DNA of 64,000 bases from Magnetococcales bacterium (GTDB lineage Bacteria; Pseudomonadota; Magnetococcia; Magnetococcales; JADFWU01): the NCBI GenBank assembly GCA_015234045.1, contig JADFWU010000006.1:25192-89191 (forward strand), in the 5' to 3' direction. Positions 17,288-27,704 of the stretch are shown here, in pieces. How positions within the stretch are numbered: the stretch's first letter is position 1; the number at the start of each line of letters is the position of its first letter. Position numbers and translations under genes: made by a program. The notes beneath the pieces are model-generated. The model was not told the DNA's origin. It saw only the letters and a program-made list of their open reading frames with translations, and ran no database searches.

Positions 17288-19086
17288 GGTTTTATCTCCT
17301 TTTTGGCAAAGGCCTGGAATGGGTAGCCTTCCTCGGTGATGGCCCAGTTGAAGAACTCAATAAAATTCAATCGCAAGCCATGAACAAACCCACTGATCAA
17401 TCCCAAGCCCAGATTGACGCTATGACCCAAAAATAGAACCAGCAAACTCAATAACAGTCCTACACCAGGCATGGTTTGCTGAATCTGTCCTGCAATATCA
17501 TTGAATGTCATGGCCAATGAGCCACTGGCCAAACCCAAAGCAAACAGACGTAAATAACTGAGAATATCGCCAAACAGTTTGGTCGCGCCGGTCAGCACAA
17601 TAAAACCATCAAAACCGCGCATTAAACCCGATTTAAGGTCATTCACAGGTCGTTGACTGCCGTACAACGTCACCGCCAACACGCCCATGATCATCAACAC
17701 ACCACCCACATTTGAAAGCGTGTCACTCACCTGTCCCTGACTTAACCACCAGATCAAACCACCTACCGTAATGGAAATCCATCCCAACGGCTGAATTTTA
17801 TTGAACAATCCATTCGACTGCCATGCAACCATCGTGTTCGCTAAACCAACATGCAAACAGCCAATCATCACAGATAGCTGGATCATGGCATCATAGTCAT
17901 TCAGATCAATTATTTTAAGATAAGCCAACGGATGCCCAGGCGATGGCATCAAACCAAAGTAACTGCCAACCATCACGCCATAGATCATGGACGCAATAAG
18001 AATGGCCTGAAACATCGACCGAAAGCGCAATCCTTTTTCACTTTTTCCGAGTTTATTCCAATACAGCACCATCACCCCAGTTAGCAGCATGGCATAACCC
18101 GCATCAGCCAGAATCATGGCGAAAAAAATCGCAAACGAAAAAAACACCAATACCGAAGGATCCCAACAGTGATAGCACGGTGTTTCATAAAAACCGACCA
18201 AATCCTGACCACCTTCAAACACCGCCGGATTACGCAACAGTGTCGGCGGATTATCCTTGATACTCGGCACTTCGGCTGTGATGGCCAGCCCCCATTTTTC
18301 ACCAAGTTTTTTTATCTTTTTCAGCTGATCACACGGCAACCAACCTTGCAGAATAAAAACACCCTGTCGCGCAATAACCTGCGCTTCTGCATATTTCAAG
18401 GCGGCTTGATCCTCAGCCTGAGCAAGGTTGGATGAGATCAGATAGATCCACCGACTCAGTGCCTGACGCTCCCAATCCAGGGCATCCAGCTCCTGTGCCA
18501 ATGATTCTGTCTCTGCCTCCATCTCCTTAATGGAAGACAATGGCATCGAAAGTGGACGAACCGGCAACATCTCCTGACTCGGTTTTTCAGGAGCCAAGAC
18601 AACAATATGCATGCTCTGCGAATCCTGCCCCACTGCTTGCCATGGCCAACTAAGCGTATCAAGCATCTCTTTATGCCTGTTTTCAATACGATACAACCAA
18701 AGCTGGTAGCCTTGAAGCGTATCAGCATCCGGCAATGAAAATGAGCCCCACGGTGCCAATTGTTTCAGTTGATGTTGTAGATATTCCAACTGATCACCCA
18801 CTTCACGGCGGCGCTTTTGATTGATCAACACTGCATCGGTCACCTGACTGATATCAAAGCCAGAATCATTCACAATCTGTCGCCGACGCGGTGAGACTTG
18901 CAGCAAATAATGCAACGCCTTATAGGTATCCTCAGCCCGAAGCGAAAGAGTATTCTTCGCTGAACGCCGTTTCTGAGAAATAGGAATCAGATGCAAACTT
19001 CCAAGTTCCAACATCCCGGCCAGCACAGCTTCCTGATCCTGTCCCATGCCACATAGTGTCACTTTATAGAGAGGTACGATGCTCAT
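17284..19086 (-). CDS. atpI: V-type ATP synthase subunit I (a-subunit)
   Basis: 600 aa, soluble N-half plus polytopic C-half. Confidence 0.9.
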   Translation of the reverse strand: MSIVPLYKVTLCGMGQDQEAVLAGMLELGSLHLIPISQKRRSAKNTLSLRAEDTYKALHYLLQVSPRRRQIVNDSGFDISQVTDAVLINQKRRREVGDQLEYLQHQLKQLAPWGSFSLPDADTLQGYQLWLYRIENRHKEMLDTLSWPWQAVGQDSQSMHIVVLAPEKPSQEMLPVRPLSMPLSSIKEMEAETESLAQELDALDWERQALSRWIYLISSNLAQAEDQAALKYAEAQVIARQGVFILQGWLPCDQLKKIKKLGEKWGLAITAEVPSIKDNPPTLLRNPAVFEGGQDLVGFYETPCYHCWDPSVLVFFSFAIFFAMILADAGYAMLLTGVMVLYWNKLGKSEKGLRFRSMFQAILIASMIYGVMVGSYFGLMPSPGHPLAYLKIIDLNDYDAMIQLSVMIGCLHVGLANTMVAWQSNGLFNKIQPLGWISITVGGLIWWLSQGQVSDTLSNVGGVLMIMGVLAVTLYGSQRPVNDLKSGLMRGFDGFIVLTGATKLFGDILSYLRLFALGLASGSLAMTFNDIAGQIQQTMPGVGLLLSLLVLFLGHSVNLGLGLISGFVHGLRLNFIEFFNWAITEEGYPFQAFAKKEIKP

Positions 19087-19682
19087 GCCACTACCTCCCT
19101 TTTTCGTTTGGCAATTTTGGCTTGCACCACCTCAACCCGTTGTGCATCGGCCAGATAGATCTGTATACGGCGGATATTGTCCCGCGTGCGCGGAATCAGA
19201 ACTTTTTCGAAAAGATTCACACGTTGAGTAATCACCCGAACCGCCTGCCTGATCAGTTTCTGACGTTGTTCGGCAACTCGAATACGCAAACGCAGCGTTA
19301 GCGCTTGTTTCAGATAATGAATCAACGGTTCAATCCAATGCGGCGTAGCCAACAACGGATAATCAGCAATGGTAAAGGAGACGTTATGCAAAACAGGCAG
19401 GCGCAATCCAAGCAGGTTTTCTTCCTGCATCTCAACATCAGAAATAGTAACCAACTCAGTCATCACCATGCGCGGTGTGGTGAGCATAGGCAGTTCATTA
19501 CAAACCGTTTGAAGCAAAACATGCTCTTCATTCTGGATGGCATTAAGCGCCTGACGCATTCGATTGCGCTCCATAATCAACTGCTTACGCTTCAAATCCA
19601 GAGCAGGAAGATACTCCTCAAACACTTTGAGCTGTTTATTCTGATCCGCCAGGGATGATTTATTCATCGCCAGCCGCGCCAT
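19083..19682 (-). CDS. atpD: V-type ATP synthase subunit D
   Basis: 199 aa coiled coil. GGGAGG RBS. Confidence 0.9.
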   Translation of the reverse strand: MARLAMNKSSLADQNKQLKVFEEYLPALDLKRKQLIMERNRMRQALNAIQNEEHVLLQTVCNELPMLTTPRMVMTELVTISDVEMQEENLLGLRLPVLHNVSFTIADYPLLATPHWIEPLIHYLKQALTLRLRIRVAEQRQKLIRQAVRVITQRVNLFEKVLIPRTRDNIRRIQIYLADAQRVEVVQAKIAKRKREVVA

Positions 19683-19794
19683 GATGGTAACCTCCCGATT
19701 ATTGTTACTTGGTTGGTCGGGTTACCGAATACAGTCAATCTGAAATCATTATAAATCAGCATGTTATAAAATCACAGTTCACAAAAGATGCAGA

Positions 19795-19990
19795 TTGACT
19801 CTCTCTTACACCTATTGGAGTGACTTAACAGGAGGTTTGTTCAAAAAAAACCATGTCAATTTGAGTGCAGTGCCAACAACGACAACCGCACTAGACAAAG
19901 CTATTGGAGAAGCACATAGAGGGTATTCACAGCGAATTAACTTTAGAAAAGGATGGCGCGGTCATCTCTGGCAAGGCCGTTTGAAATCGG
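19795..19990 (+). pseudogene. decayed REP-associated tyrosine transposase (RAYT / IS200-like Y1) fragment
   Basis: EAHRGYSQRINFRKGWRGHLWQGRLKS matches the conserved G.LWqgRfkS block. The HUH region is degenerate (HVN) and the C-terminal Tyr region is absent. Ends in a REP unit. Confidence 0.6.
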
Positions 19991-20008
19991 TAAGGTGCCC
20001 CCTGATTT
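19985..20008 (+). repeat. REP unit
   Basis: aatcggtaaggtgccccctgattt. Confidence 0.6.
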
Positions 20009-20108
20009 TGTACCGTTTTATTGACTATCAGGGCCGCATCAGGATACTATCCTGTTGTTGATAACTATTCAATTTTCAGTACACATCAGGAATAAACGAG
20101 ATTTTCGA

Positions 20109-20318
20109 ATGGGTAAAAAACTAACCGCCAAAGAAGCAAAAGAGCTTGCGGAGTTGGAAGCACAACACGGCGCTGATATGTACAATTCTGCTGTCGTTGC
20201 TGTGTCAGGTATGGTGTTCGGCAATACTGGTGACACTGCTGATGACGACGCTATTCTTAAACGTTACAAATCCAATTTATCCGAAAAAAGCGATGGATTT
20301 GGAATGTTAGATGGCTAA
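20109..20318 (+). CDS. hypothetical small acidic protein (69 aa)
   Basis: Start at MGKKLTAKEAKE. The stop overlaps the next start by 8 nt. Confidence 0.45.
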   Translation: MGKKLTAKEAKELAELEAQHGADMYNSAVVAVSGMVFGNTGDTADDDAILKRYKSNLSEKSDGFGMLDG

Positions 20319-20811
20319 AAAACCCCATGACTGGATTAATGAGTGGCGTCACGATCCAAGTAAAAGGCTAAAAATTCTTCGCCGTAAAAACACACTGACC
20401 CACAAGTACAACGCCTTTGCTGAAAAGCATAAATGGAAAAAAACGGAGCTTAATGGGCAGATATTGGCGAACTGTGTCTATAGTTATTACTTGGAGGTAC
20501 AGCGCCATAAGGAGTTTCATGGTATTGATAACGCTGATGGTATTAAGAAAGCGGCTTATTTAACCAAGTGGCTGCTGAAGACCAGGCCGATCCAGGTTCT
20601 TAATGACAATACGCGATCCGAGACGGCAAAGTATCCTTTACTTGCCAATGAAGGATTTGCTTTGAGCGTAGCGTTGACCTTTTTGGATATTAAATGGAAC
20701 GCAGTGCCCAACGAGGTAATCACCAGGCTTTTGTACGATTTTCACTATCGCCCAGTCGTGGCAGAAACTTTGATTACAAAGTTTCTATTACTGAAAGAAA
20801 CTTACAGTTGA
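20311..20811 (+). CDS. hypothetical protein (166 aa), helical
   Basis: ATGGCTAA overlap with the upstream ORF. Contains an Rx4H string (RHKEFH). Confidence 0.6.
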   Translation: MAKKPHDWINEWRHDPSKRLKILRRKNTLTHKYNAFAEKHKWKKTELNGQILANCVYSYYLEVQRHKEFHGIDNADGIKKAAYLTKWLLKTRPIQVLNDNTRSETAKYPLLANEGFALSVALTFLDIKWNAVPNEVITRLLYDFHYRPVVAETLITKFLLLKETYS

Positions 20812-20812
20812 A

Positions 20813-20889
20813 GGAAAATCAGGGGAAAATCAGGAACAGGAAATCAGGGAGCACCTTACCTATTTTATAAAAGATGTCCCCTGATTTGG
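20813..20889. repeat. composite REP palindrome (left of mrr)
   Basis: ggaaaatcagggg..gaaatcagggagcaccttacctattttataaaagatgtcccctgatttgg. Confidence 0.7.
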
Positions 20890-20977
20890 TTATTGGAACG
20901 TTTGGATATTCAATTAACAAGGCCTCTCAAACCAAGGAGAGCAGGTAGAAAACCATCATCCAATCAATAATATTATG

Positions 20978-21054
20978 AATGACCAAGGGAAATCGGTAAG
21001 GTGTCCCCTGATTTACAATGACCAAGGGAAATCGGTAAGATGTTCCCTGATTTT
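20978..21054 (+). repeat. two tandem 39-bp units each containing a REP
   Basis: aatgaccaagggaaatcggtaag[g/a]tgt[c/t]ccctgattt x2, ending 15 nt before the mrr start. Confidence 0.75.
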
Positions 21055-21068
21055 GGAGAGTTTGAAAA

Positions 21069-21905
21069 ATGTCTAAATTCCCACGAGTCGTAGATTTGGT
21101 CTGGCCAACCATGCAAGCCCTTCAGATCCTTGGGGGGTCTGGTTCCAATGAAGAGATTCTAACTACGGCTATTGAGGTCATGAACCCTCCTGAGGAAATC
21201 CAGAATGTTCCTCACTCTGACGGAAGGCAGACAAGGCTTGCATACAGATTAGCCTGGGCAAGAACAGTGCTAAAAAAAATGGGAGCGATTACCAACAGTT
21301 CCCGCGCAGTGTGGAGCATCACGCCTTCAGGTGAGAGCATGACAGAGGAACAGGTTCTCAGAGAGGCACCTATCATCACGAAAAACACCAGTAGTTTGGA
21401 TTCCAGAACAGACACAGAGCTTGAAGACATTGATATTAATGCCGCTGGTGATTGGAAACAAAAGCTTTTAGAAATTCTCCGCGACATTCCCCCAAATGCT
21501 TTTGAAAAACTGACACAACGCATTCTCAGGGAGAGCGGTTTCATCAAAGTTGAGGTTACCGGTCGTACAGGAGATGGGGGAATTGATGGTCAGGGCATCC
21601 TAAAAATGAACTTAATTTCATTTCAGATATTCTTTCAATGCAAAAGGTACAAAGGAACCGTTGGTGCTGGTGATGTCAGAGATTTTCGCGGGGCGATGCA
21701 AGGTCGAGGTGATAAGGGGCTGTTCGTAACTACCGGCGCTTTCAGTGGTTCAGCAAAGAATGAAGCCACACGCGATGGTGCGCCAGCTCTTGATCTCATT
21801 GATGGTGAAGCACTTTGCGATCTTCTCAAGGACCTCAATTTGGGTGTGCGTACTGAAATGGTAGAGCATGTCACAATAGATCCAGAAGTATTCGGGGTTG
21901 CGTGA
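21069..21905 (+). CDS. mrr: Mrr-family type IV restriction endonuclease
   Basis: Mrr_N-like winged helix plus catalytic core (GRTGDGGIDG ... FQCKRY). Confidence 0.9.
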   Translation: MSKFPRVVDLVWPTMQALQILGGSGSNEEILTTAIEVMNPPEEIQNVPHSDGRQTRLAYRLAWARTVLKKMGAITNSSRAVWSITPSGESMTEEQVLREAPIITKNTSSLDSRTDTELEDIDINAAGDWKQKLLEILRDIPPNAFEKLTQRILRESGFIKVEVTGRTGDGGIDGQGILKMNLISFQIFFQCKRYKGTVGAGDVRDFRGAMQGRGDKGLFVTTGAFSGSAKNEATRDGAPALDLIDGEALCDLLKDLNLGVRTEMVEHVTIDPEVFGVA

Positions 21906-21953
21906 CCAAAGAAAGAATACATGCCCTGATAAGATAGAGATGTTAGCTATTGA

Positions 21954-22018
21954 GGAAAATCGGGTCAAAATCAGGGGAAAACTTACCTATTTTATTAGTA
22001 AGATGTCCCCTGATTTGG
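21954..22018. repeat. composite REP palindrome (right of mrr)
   Basis: ggaaaatcgggtcaaaatcaggggaaaacttacctattttattagtaagatgtcccctgatttgg. Direct repeat of 20813-20889. Confidence 0.7.
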
Positions 22019-22212
22019 AGTAGCAAAGGAAAAGGAAATCAGTGACCGTGTCAATCTGCTATATGAACATTTCTACATGATTAGATTTTTGATGCGTTTG
22101 CCCTTGTCCCACCCTGCTGAATCCAATAACGATTATTAATGCTTATACGAGACTTGATTTGACCAAACGATCTATAAATAGCTCTAATAGCTACTTTGTA
22201 GGAGCGATTAAC

Positions 22213-22446
22213 ATGATTACCATTACCGCAAGAGAAGCAAAAAACCGCTTTGGGAATCTGATGGACCAAGCTCAACGGGAACCTGTGATCATTGAAAAAA
22301 ACGGTCGTCCTGTGGCTGTTGTGCTCTCTATTGATGAGCATCAACGTACTGAACAACTTAAGCTTGAAAAGCTCCAACGGGATTTGGATAAAGGCATTGC
22401 CCAAGCAAACAGAGGTGAACTGTTGGATGGTGATTTCAGCGCATGA
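22213..22446 (+). CDS. Phd/YefM-family antitoxin, no adjacent toxin
   Basis: MITITAREAKNRFGNLMDQAQREPVIIEKNGRPVAVVLSIDE. Confidence 0.75.
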   Translation: MITITAREAKNRFGNLMDQAQREPVIIEKNGRPVAVVLSIDEHQRTEQLKLEKLQRDLDKGIAQANRGELLDGDFSA

Positions 22447-22511
22447 TGGAAGAAAAGAAGCCATAATTTACGATTTTCAAACATTTTTTTAATCCGTAGG
22501 CATTTCATTTC

Positions 22512-23537
22512 ATGATGATTTTTCGGTTACTCCTTCTTTGTTTACTGAGCACCCTCAGCGCCAATGCCACTGCTGCTGTGCTGCATGTCGGGCCGGGTTC
22601 GGTTTATAGTGTGCCGAGTCAGGCGGCTAACGTGGCGAAGGATGGTGATATTATTACCATTCAGGCGGGTAGCTATAAAGATTGCGCGGTTTGGAAAGCG
22701 AATAAATTGATTATTCGTGGGATCGGTGGGATGCCGATTGTTAAGGATAAAATGTGCCACGGTAAAGCGATCTGGGTTGTTACTGGGGATCATATTATTG
22801 TTGATACCATCGCCTTTTCTGGTATGAAGGTGCGGGACCGCAATGGGGCTGGTGTTCGGATTGAAGGACGGGATTTGACCATTCGCAATGCGCTGTTTCA
22901 GGATGGTGAGTCCGGGGTTTTAGGCGGTGGTCAGCGTCCTGATGATCATATTGTTATCGAAAATAGTCGGTTTGTGCGGCTTGGTCGCAATGGTCAGGCA
23001 CATCCGATCTATATTAATCACGCCAGCATGTTTACTCTGAGTAACAGCATTGTTCAGGATTGTCTGAACGAAGCAAACTGCGTAAAAAGCCGTGCCCATC
23101 AAAACATCATTGTCAATAACGTTATTGATAGCCGACTTGGCGATAGTTCTTGGGAAATTGACATACCAAACGGCGGAAAAACAGAGATTGAAGGAAATTT
23201 AATCATCCAAAGCGAAAAAAGTGTCAACCGTGGTTTACTTGGTTATGCCATGGAATACACGCCAGCTGATCGAAACCATACACTGATCATCCGCAATAAC
23301 CTATTCATCAATGACCAGAGCAAAGGACGCTTTATTGATATTAATCGACACCTGAAACCAACGATCACAGCGCACAATAACGGGTTTGTCGGCCCAGGCA
23401 GGATAAGTGAAAAAGTACCTGCCCAGACCGATAACGATTTCTTTAATAGTCGTGCAGAAACCGTTAAGTTTCTCAATATTAATCGCACCGATCCACGTGC
23501 AAAATGGCGCGAATATCTATTAGGAATCAGCAAGTAA
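22512..23537 (+). CDS. secreted right-handed parallel beta-helix repeat protein
   Basis: Signal peptide. Periodic G/N-rich beta-helix-like repeats. Confidence 0.7.
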   Translation: MMIFRLLLLCLLSTLSANATAAVLHVGPGSVYSVPSQAANVAKDGDIITIQAGSYKDCAVWKANKLIIRGIGGMPIVKDKMCHGKAIWVVTGDHIIVDTIAFSGMKVRDRNGAGVRIEGRDLTIRNALFQDGESGVLGGGQRPDDHIVIENSRFVRLGRNGQAHPIYINHASMFTLSNSIVQDCLNEANCVKSRAHQNIIVNNVIDSRLGDSSWEIDIPNGGKTEIEGNLIIQSEKSVNRGLLGYAMEYTPADRNHTLIIRNNLFINDQSKGRFIDINRHLKPTITAHNNGFVGPGRISEKVPAQTDNDFFNSRAETVKFLNINRTDPRAKWREYLLGISK

Positions 23538-23749
23538 CCCGTTCAACTGTTCATCCCATGCCGACAGATCGGCAACCGCTGGCAAACAGCGACCCGCCAC
23601 ACAAAGCGCTGCGCCATTCGCATCAAATGGCGCGAATATCTATTAGGAATCAGCAAGTAACCCGTTCAACTGTTCATCCCATGCCGACAGATCGGCAACC
23701 GCTGGCAAACAGCGACCCGCCACACAAAGCGCTGCGCCATTCGCATCAA
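23502..23749. repeat. perfect tandem duplication, period 123 bp
   Basis: 23502-23626 is identical to 23625-23749 base for base. Confidence 0.95.
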
Positions 23750-25670
23750 TCCGCCCGTCCATTTCACTGGGTAGCTGTTCACCGTTCTCAACAGACCAGC
23801 AAACAGGATCAGGCAGATAATGTTTGCCCATTTTTTTGAGAAATGACTCACGCTCCGGCCCAACACAAACCACTTCAGCACCACCCGATTCCAACAGATC
23901 ATCAGCCAGTAGAAGTTGACCAAATCCGCCCACACCACGCTGATACCACGGCCCAAAAAAGGCCACTGTTTTACGAGCCAGATCGGCATAATGCGACTCT
24001 CCTGTCACTGCCGCCATTCGTGCCAACACATTGGCCGCTGTACCATTTCCAGAGGGCGTTGCATCATCGAATCCACTTTTGGGACGAACAATGACATCCT
24101 GCTGGCCTTCCGGTGTCATGAAGAACCCTCCTGCCGGATCGGAAAAGCGTTGGATCATTTCATCCACGGTTTGTTTGGCGCGTTGTTGCCACTGTGCCGA
24201 ATCATCAAACACCAATGCCGCTTCCAAAAACGCATCCGCCAATTGAGCATAATCGTTGAGAAAAGCTGGCGTGTGCCGTTGTCCATTACGCCATACCGCA
24301 TACCAAATCCCTTGTTGATCATCACGCATGGTTGTGGTGACGAACTCCAGGCAGTTTCGCGCCATATCAAGAGCGTGTTGATCGTCTGACAAAGCACTAT
24401 GACGCAACAAACCACGCACCATCAAGGCGTTCCAACCCAATAACACTTTATCATCTCGACCCGGCTGTTCCCGCTTATGCCGAACCTGTAACAGTTGGTC
24501 AGCGATAGTTGACAGTCGTTTCTCAGCATCAGCACCAAACCGTTTTTCCAATGCCTGCATCGATTCCGCACGCACCGGAATGGATCGCCCTTCGAAGTTG
24601 CCACCCTTTTTAATGCCCCAAGCCGCCAAAGCCAGTTGTGCATCTTCAGCGGAAAGAACGGTATTGATCTCTTCCGGTGTCCAGACTGCATAATCCCCTT
24701 CACCGCCGCTGGTATCGGCATCCAAAGAGGCAGCAATACCGCCCTCTTTCAACACCATTCTACGTTGAAGCCAATTGACAATCTGCTCACGTGCCCGCTT
24801 TCGTTCAGCGTCCACCCCCAACAGCGCGTCACACTCCGATAACACCAAAAGCAGTTGCGCGTTGTCATAGAGCATTTTTTCAAAGTGCGGCACAATCCAA
24901 GCATCATCCACACTATAGCGCGCAAATCCACCGCCAAGCTGATCATGAATTCCACCGGCAATCATACAATCCAAGGTAAAGGAAACACCCTCCGCCGCCC
25001 GACCATCACCGGTACGAAAGGTATGACGCAACATCAAACGCAGATCCGGTATATGTGGAAATTTCGGCGCTGGACCAAACCCACCCTGCATCCAATCCAT
25101 CGCCTCTATCAACTGTGGTGCAATTTGTCTGGACCACCCGCTACTCTGTTCACCGCTTTCGGTTATCTGGCTATTTTGCCGTAATGCTTGAACCAGTGTA
25201 TTGCCCTGTGTTTCCACATCCGTGCGTTTTTGAGTCCAAGCACGCATCACACCTGCCAGAATCTGCCCAAAGGCAGGCATGCCCTGGCGCGGTTGCTTGG
25301 GAAAATAGGTGCCTGCGAAAATCGGTTTCAAATCCGGTGTTAAAAACATCGATAGAGGCCAGCCACCAGCCCGTTGTGCAATCAAATGGTGCGCGTTTTG
25401 ATAAATCTGATCCAGATCAGGGCGCTCTTCTCTATCCAGTTTGATATTGATAAAGTCCCGGTTCAAAATCTCCGCTGTCTCCTTATCCTCAAAGGATTCA
25501 TGAGCCATCACATGACACCAGTGACACGCACTGTAGCCGATGGACAGGAAAATAGGCTTATCCTGAGCCTTGGCCGCCGCTAACGCCTCTGAACACCAGG
25601 GATACCAATTCACTGGATTACTGGCATGCTGTTGGAGATAGGGACTGGTTGCCTGTTTCAGTCGATTCAT
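23643..25670 (-). CDS. thioredoxin-domain protein, YyaL/DUF255 family
   Basis: [30 protein letters not shown]. Start set at MNRLKQ. Confidence 0.85.
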   Translation of the reverse strand: MNRLKQATSPYLQQHASNPVNWYPWCSEALAAAKAQDKPIFLSIGYSACHWCHVMAHESFEDKETAEILNRDFINIKLDREERPDLDQIYQNAHHLIAQRAGGWPLSMFLTPDLKPIFAGTYFPKQPRQGMPAFGQILAGVMRAWTQKRTDVETQGNTLVQALRQNSQITESGEQSSGWSRQIAPQLIEAMDWMQGGFGPAPKFPHIPDLRLMLRHTFRTGDGRAAEGVSFTLDCMIAGGIHDQLGGGFARYSVDDAWIVPHFEKMLYDNAQLLLVLSECDALLGVDAERKRAREQIVNWLQRRMVLKEGGIAASLDADTSGGEGDYAVWTPEEINTVLSAEDAQLALAAWGIKKGGNFEGRSIPVRAESMQALEKRFGADAEKRLSTIADQLLQVRHKREQPGRDDKVLLGWNALMVRGLLRHSALSDDQHALDMARNCLEFVTTTMRDDQQGIWYAVWRNGQRHTPAFLNDYAQLADAFLEAALVFDDSAQWQQRAKQTVDEMIQRFSDPAGGFFMTPEGQQDVIVRPKSGFDDATPSGNGTAANVLARMAAVTGESHYADLARKTVAFFGPWYQRGVGGFGQLLLADDLLESGGAEVVCVGPERESFLKKMGKHYLPDPVCWSVENGEQLPSEMDGRIDANGAALCVAGRCLPAVADLSAWDEQLNGLLADS

Positions 25671-25863
25671 CAAAACTCCTCGGAATTGCTTTACATCGGC
25701 ACGCGGACAACGTAGAAAACTAGTGAGTGATCCTCTGTTAATGGACACCAAGCTATTGGAACAGTTCATCCCATGCTTGCAAACAAAGATCCACTAACCA
25801 CTGTTATTTTCCTTATGAAACCATTCTTACTCTATATGGATCTCGATCTGTGCTCCATGAACT

Positions 25864-27687
25864 TTGACCGACAATACGAAAAAGCTGATGCCTGAATCAC
25901 AGGCACTATCCATACTCTCCTCGATTTTTGGCTTCAACAGCTTCCGAGGTGCTCAGGAAGAGATTATCAATCACCTGATCCAAGGCCAAAGCGCTTTGGT
26001 ATTGATGCCCACTGGTGGCGGTAAATCCCTCTGTTTCCAGATTCCCGCCTTGATCCGGCCTGGATTGGCGGTGGTAATTTCTCCGCTCATCGCCCTGATG
26101 CATGATCAAGTCACTTCCCTGCAACAACTGGGTGTTCGCGCCGCTACGCTTAACTCTTCCCAAAGCGCAGAACAGAACCGTAACACCTGGAGAGCCATAG
26201 CCTCAGGTGAAATAGACCTGCTCTACATGGCACCAGAGCGTCTCCTGAATGAACAAACTCTGGAGTTTCTGAAACAACGACAAATAGCCCTACTCGCCAT
26301 TGATGAAGCCCACTGTGTTTCCCAATGGGGTCATGATTTCAGACCAGATTATCTTGGACTTTCAATACTTTCAGAACATTTTCCCGATGTACCGATGTTG
26401 GCTCTCACCGCCACCGCTGATGCGCCTACCCAGTCCGAAATCATAAAACGACTGAATCTTGGCGATTCCCGCGTTTTTATCGCTGGATTTGATCGACCCA
26501 ATATCCGCTACCGTATTACGGCAAAAAATCGGGCTAAAAATCAGTTGTTGGATCTATTACGCACCGAACATGCCGATGATGCCGGTATTGTCTACTGTAT
26601 GTCGCGTCGAAAAACCGAGGATATCGCTGAATTTCTCAGAAACGAGGGATTCAACGCGCTGGCCTATCATGCCGGTCTACCCGATGCCACACGCAAACGA
26701 CATCAGGATAGATTTCTACTGGAAGAAGGCGTGATCGTGGTAGCAACCATTGCCTTTGGTATGGGCATCGACAAACCCAACGTCCGCTTCGTTGCCCACC
26801 TGGACCCACCAAAAAGCATCGAAGCCTACTACCAGGAAACCGGACGCGCCGGACGTGATGGCCTACCCGCTACCGCTTGGATGAGCTATGGCCTGGAAGA
26901 TGTGGTCAAACTGCGCCAGATGATGGCCAACTCCGATGCAGAAGAGCGTTTTAAACGCATTGAAAATCAAAAACTCGATGCCCTGCTCGGACTGTGCGAA
27001 ACCACCGAATGCCGCCGACAAGCCCTACTCCGCTACTTTGGCGAAGAACTGAAAGACCCCTGCGGCAACTGCGACACCTGCCTGACACCGGTAGAGACTT
27101 GGGACGGCCTGGAAGCGGCTCAAAAAGCCCTCTCCTGCGTATTCAGAACCGGACAGCGCTTTGGCGTGAGCTACCTGTCCCAAGTGTTGCGCGGCAAATC
27201 CAGTGATCGTATGGAAAGTTTCGGCCATACCCGAGTGTCTACCTTTGGCATCGGTGAAGATCTGGATGATAAAACCTGGCGCTCGGTCTACCGTCAACTG
27301 GTGGCGATGGGTTTCCTATCCGTAGATATGGAAGGCTACGGCGGACTCAAACTCACCGAACGCAGTCGCCCGGTACTGCGTGGCGCAATGGCGGTAAAAT
27401 TCCGTAAAGAACCAAAACGCCTGCCCCGCACCAAAACCAGATCCGCGAAAAAATCCCTGCCCGATAATGTCGATCCTATTTTATGGGAAAAACTCCGCCA
27501 ACTCCGCCTATCCATAGCCAAAGAACAGAGCATTCCGCCTTATATCGTGTTCCACGACACAACGCTCCAAGCCCTTATCCAAATCCGCCCGCGCACCATG
27601 CTGGACATGCGTTCAGTGCCCGGAGTAGGTGATAAGAAATTAGAGAACTATGGCGAGATATTCTTAAAGGCGTTGTGGGAGGAGTGA
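25864..27687 (+). CDS. recQ: ATP-dependent DNA helicase RecQ
   Basis: [20 protein letters not shown] box, Zn-finger cysteines, HRDC end. Start is TTG 25864 or ATG 25888. Confidence 0.95.
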   Translation: MTDNTKKLMPESQALSILSSIFGFNSFRGAQEEIINHLIQGQSALVLMPTGGGKSLCFQIPALIRPGLAVVISPLIALMHDQVTSLQQLGVRAATLNSSQSAEQNRNTWRAIASGEIDLLYMAPERLLNEQTLEFLKQRQIALLAIDEAHCVSQWGHDFRPDYLGLSILSEHFPDVPMLALTATADAPTQSEIIKRLNLGDSRVFIAGFDRPNIRYRITAKNRAKNQLLDLLRTEHADDAGIVYCMSRRKTEDIAEFLRNEGFNALAYHAGLPDATRKRHQDRFLLEEGVIVVATIAFGMGIDKPNVRFVAHLDPPKSIEAYYQETGRAGRDGLPATAWMSYGLEDVVKLRQMMANSDAEERFKRIENQKLDALLGLCETTECRRQALLRYFGEELKDPCGNCDTCLTPVETWDGLEAAQKALSCVFRTGQRFGVSYLSQVLRGKSSDRMESFGHTRVSTFGIGEDLDDKTWRSVYRQLVAMGFLSVDMEGYGGLKLTERSRPVLRGAMAVKFRKEPKRLPRTKTRSAKKSLPDNVDPILWEKLRQLRLSIAKEQSIPPYIVFHDTTLQALIQIRPRTMLDMRSVPGVGDKKLENYGEIFLKALWEE

Positions 27688-27704
27688 CCACCCACAGCAC
27701 CACA

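Noticed and set aside
20978-21054. Possible CRISPR array (also considered at 23502-23749 and 38635-38670)
   Set aside because: There are only two directly abutting units with no spacers and no cas genes. These are REP tandems or simple duplications.
23504-23839. 111-aa ORF with an internal 41-aa repeat
   Set aside because: It is an artefact of the 123-bp tandem duplication, read in a frame antisense to or offset from the real gene ends.
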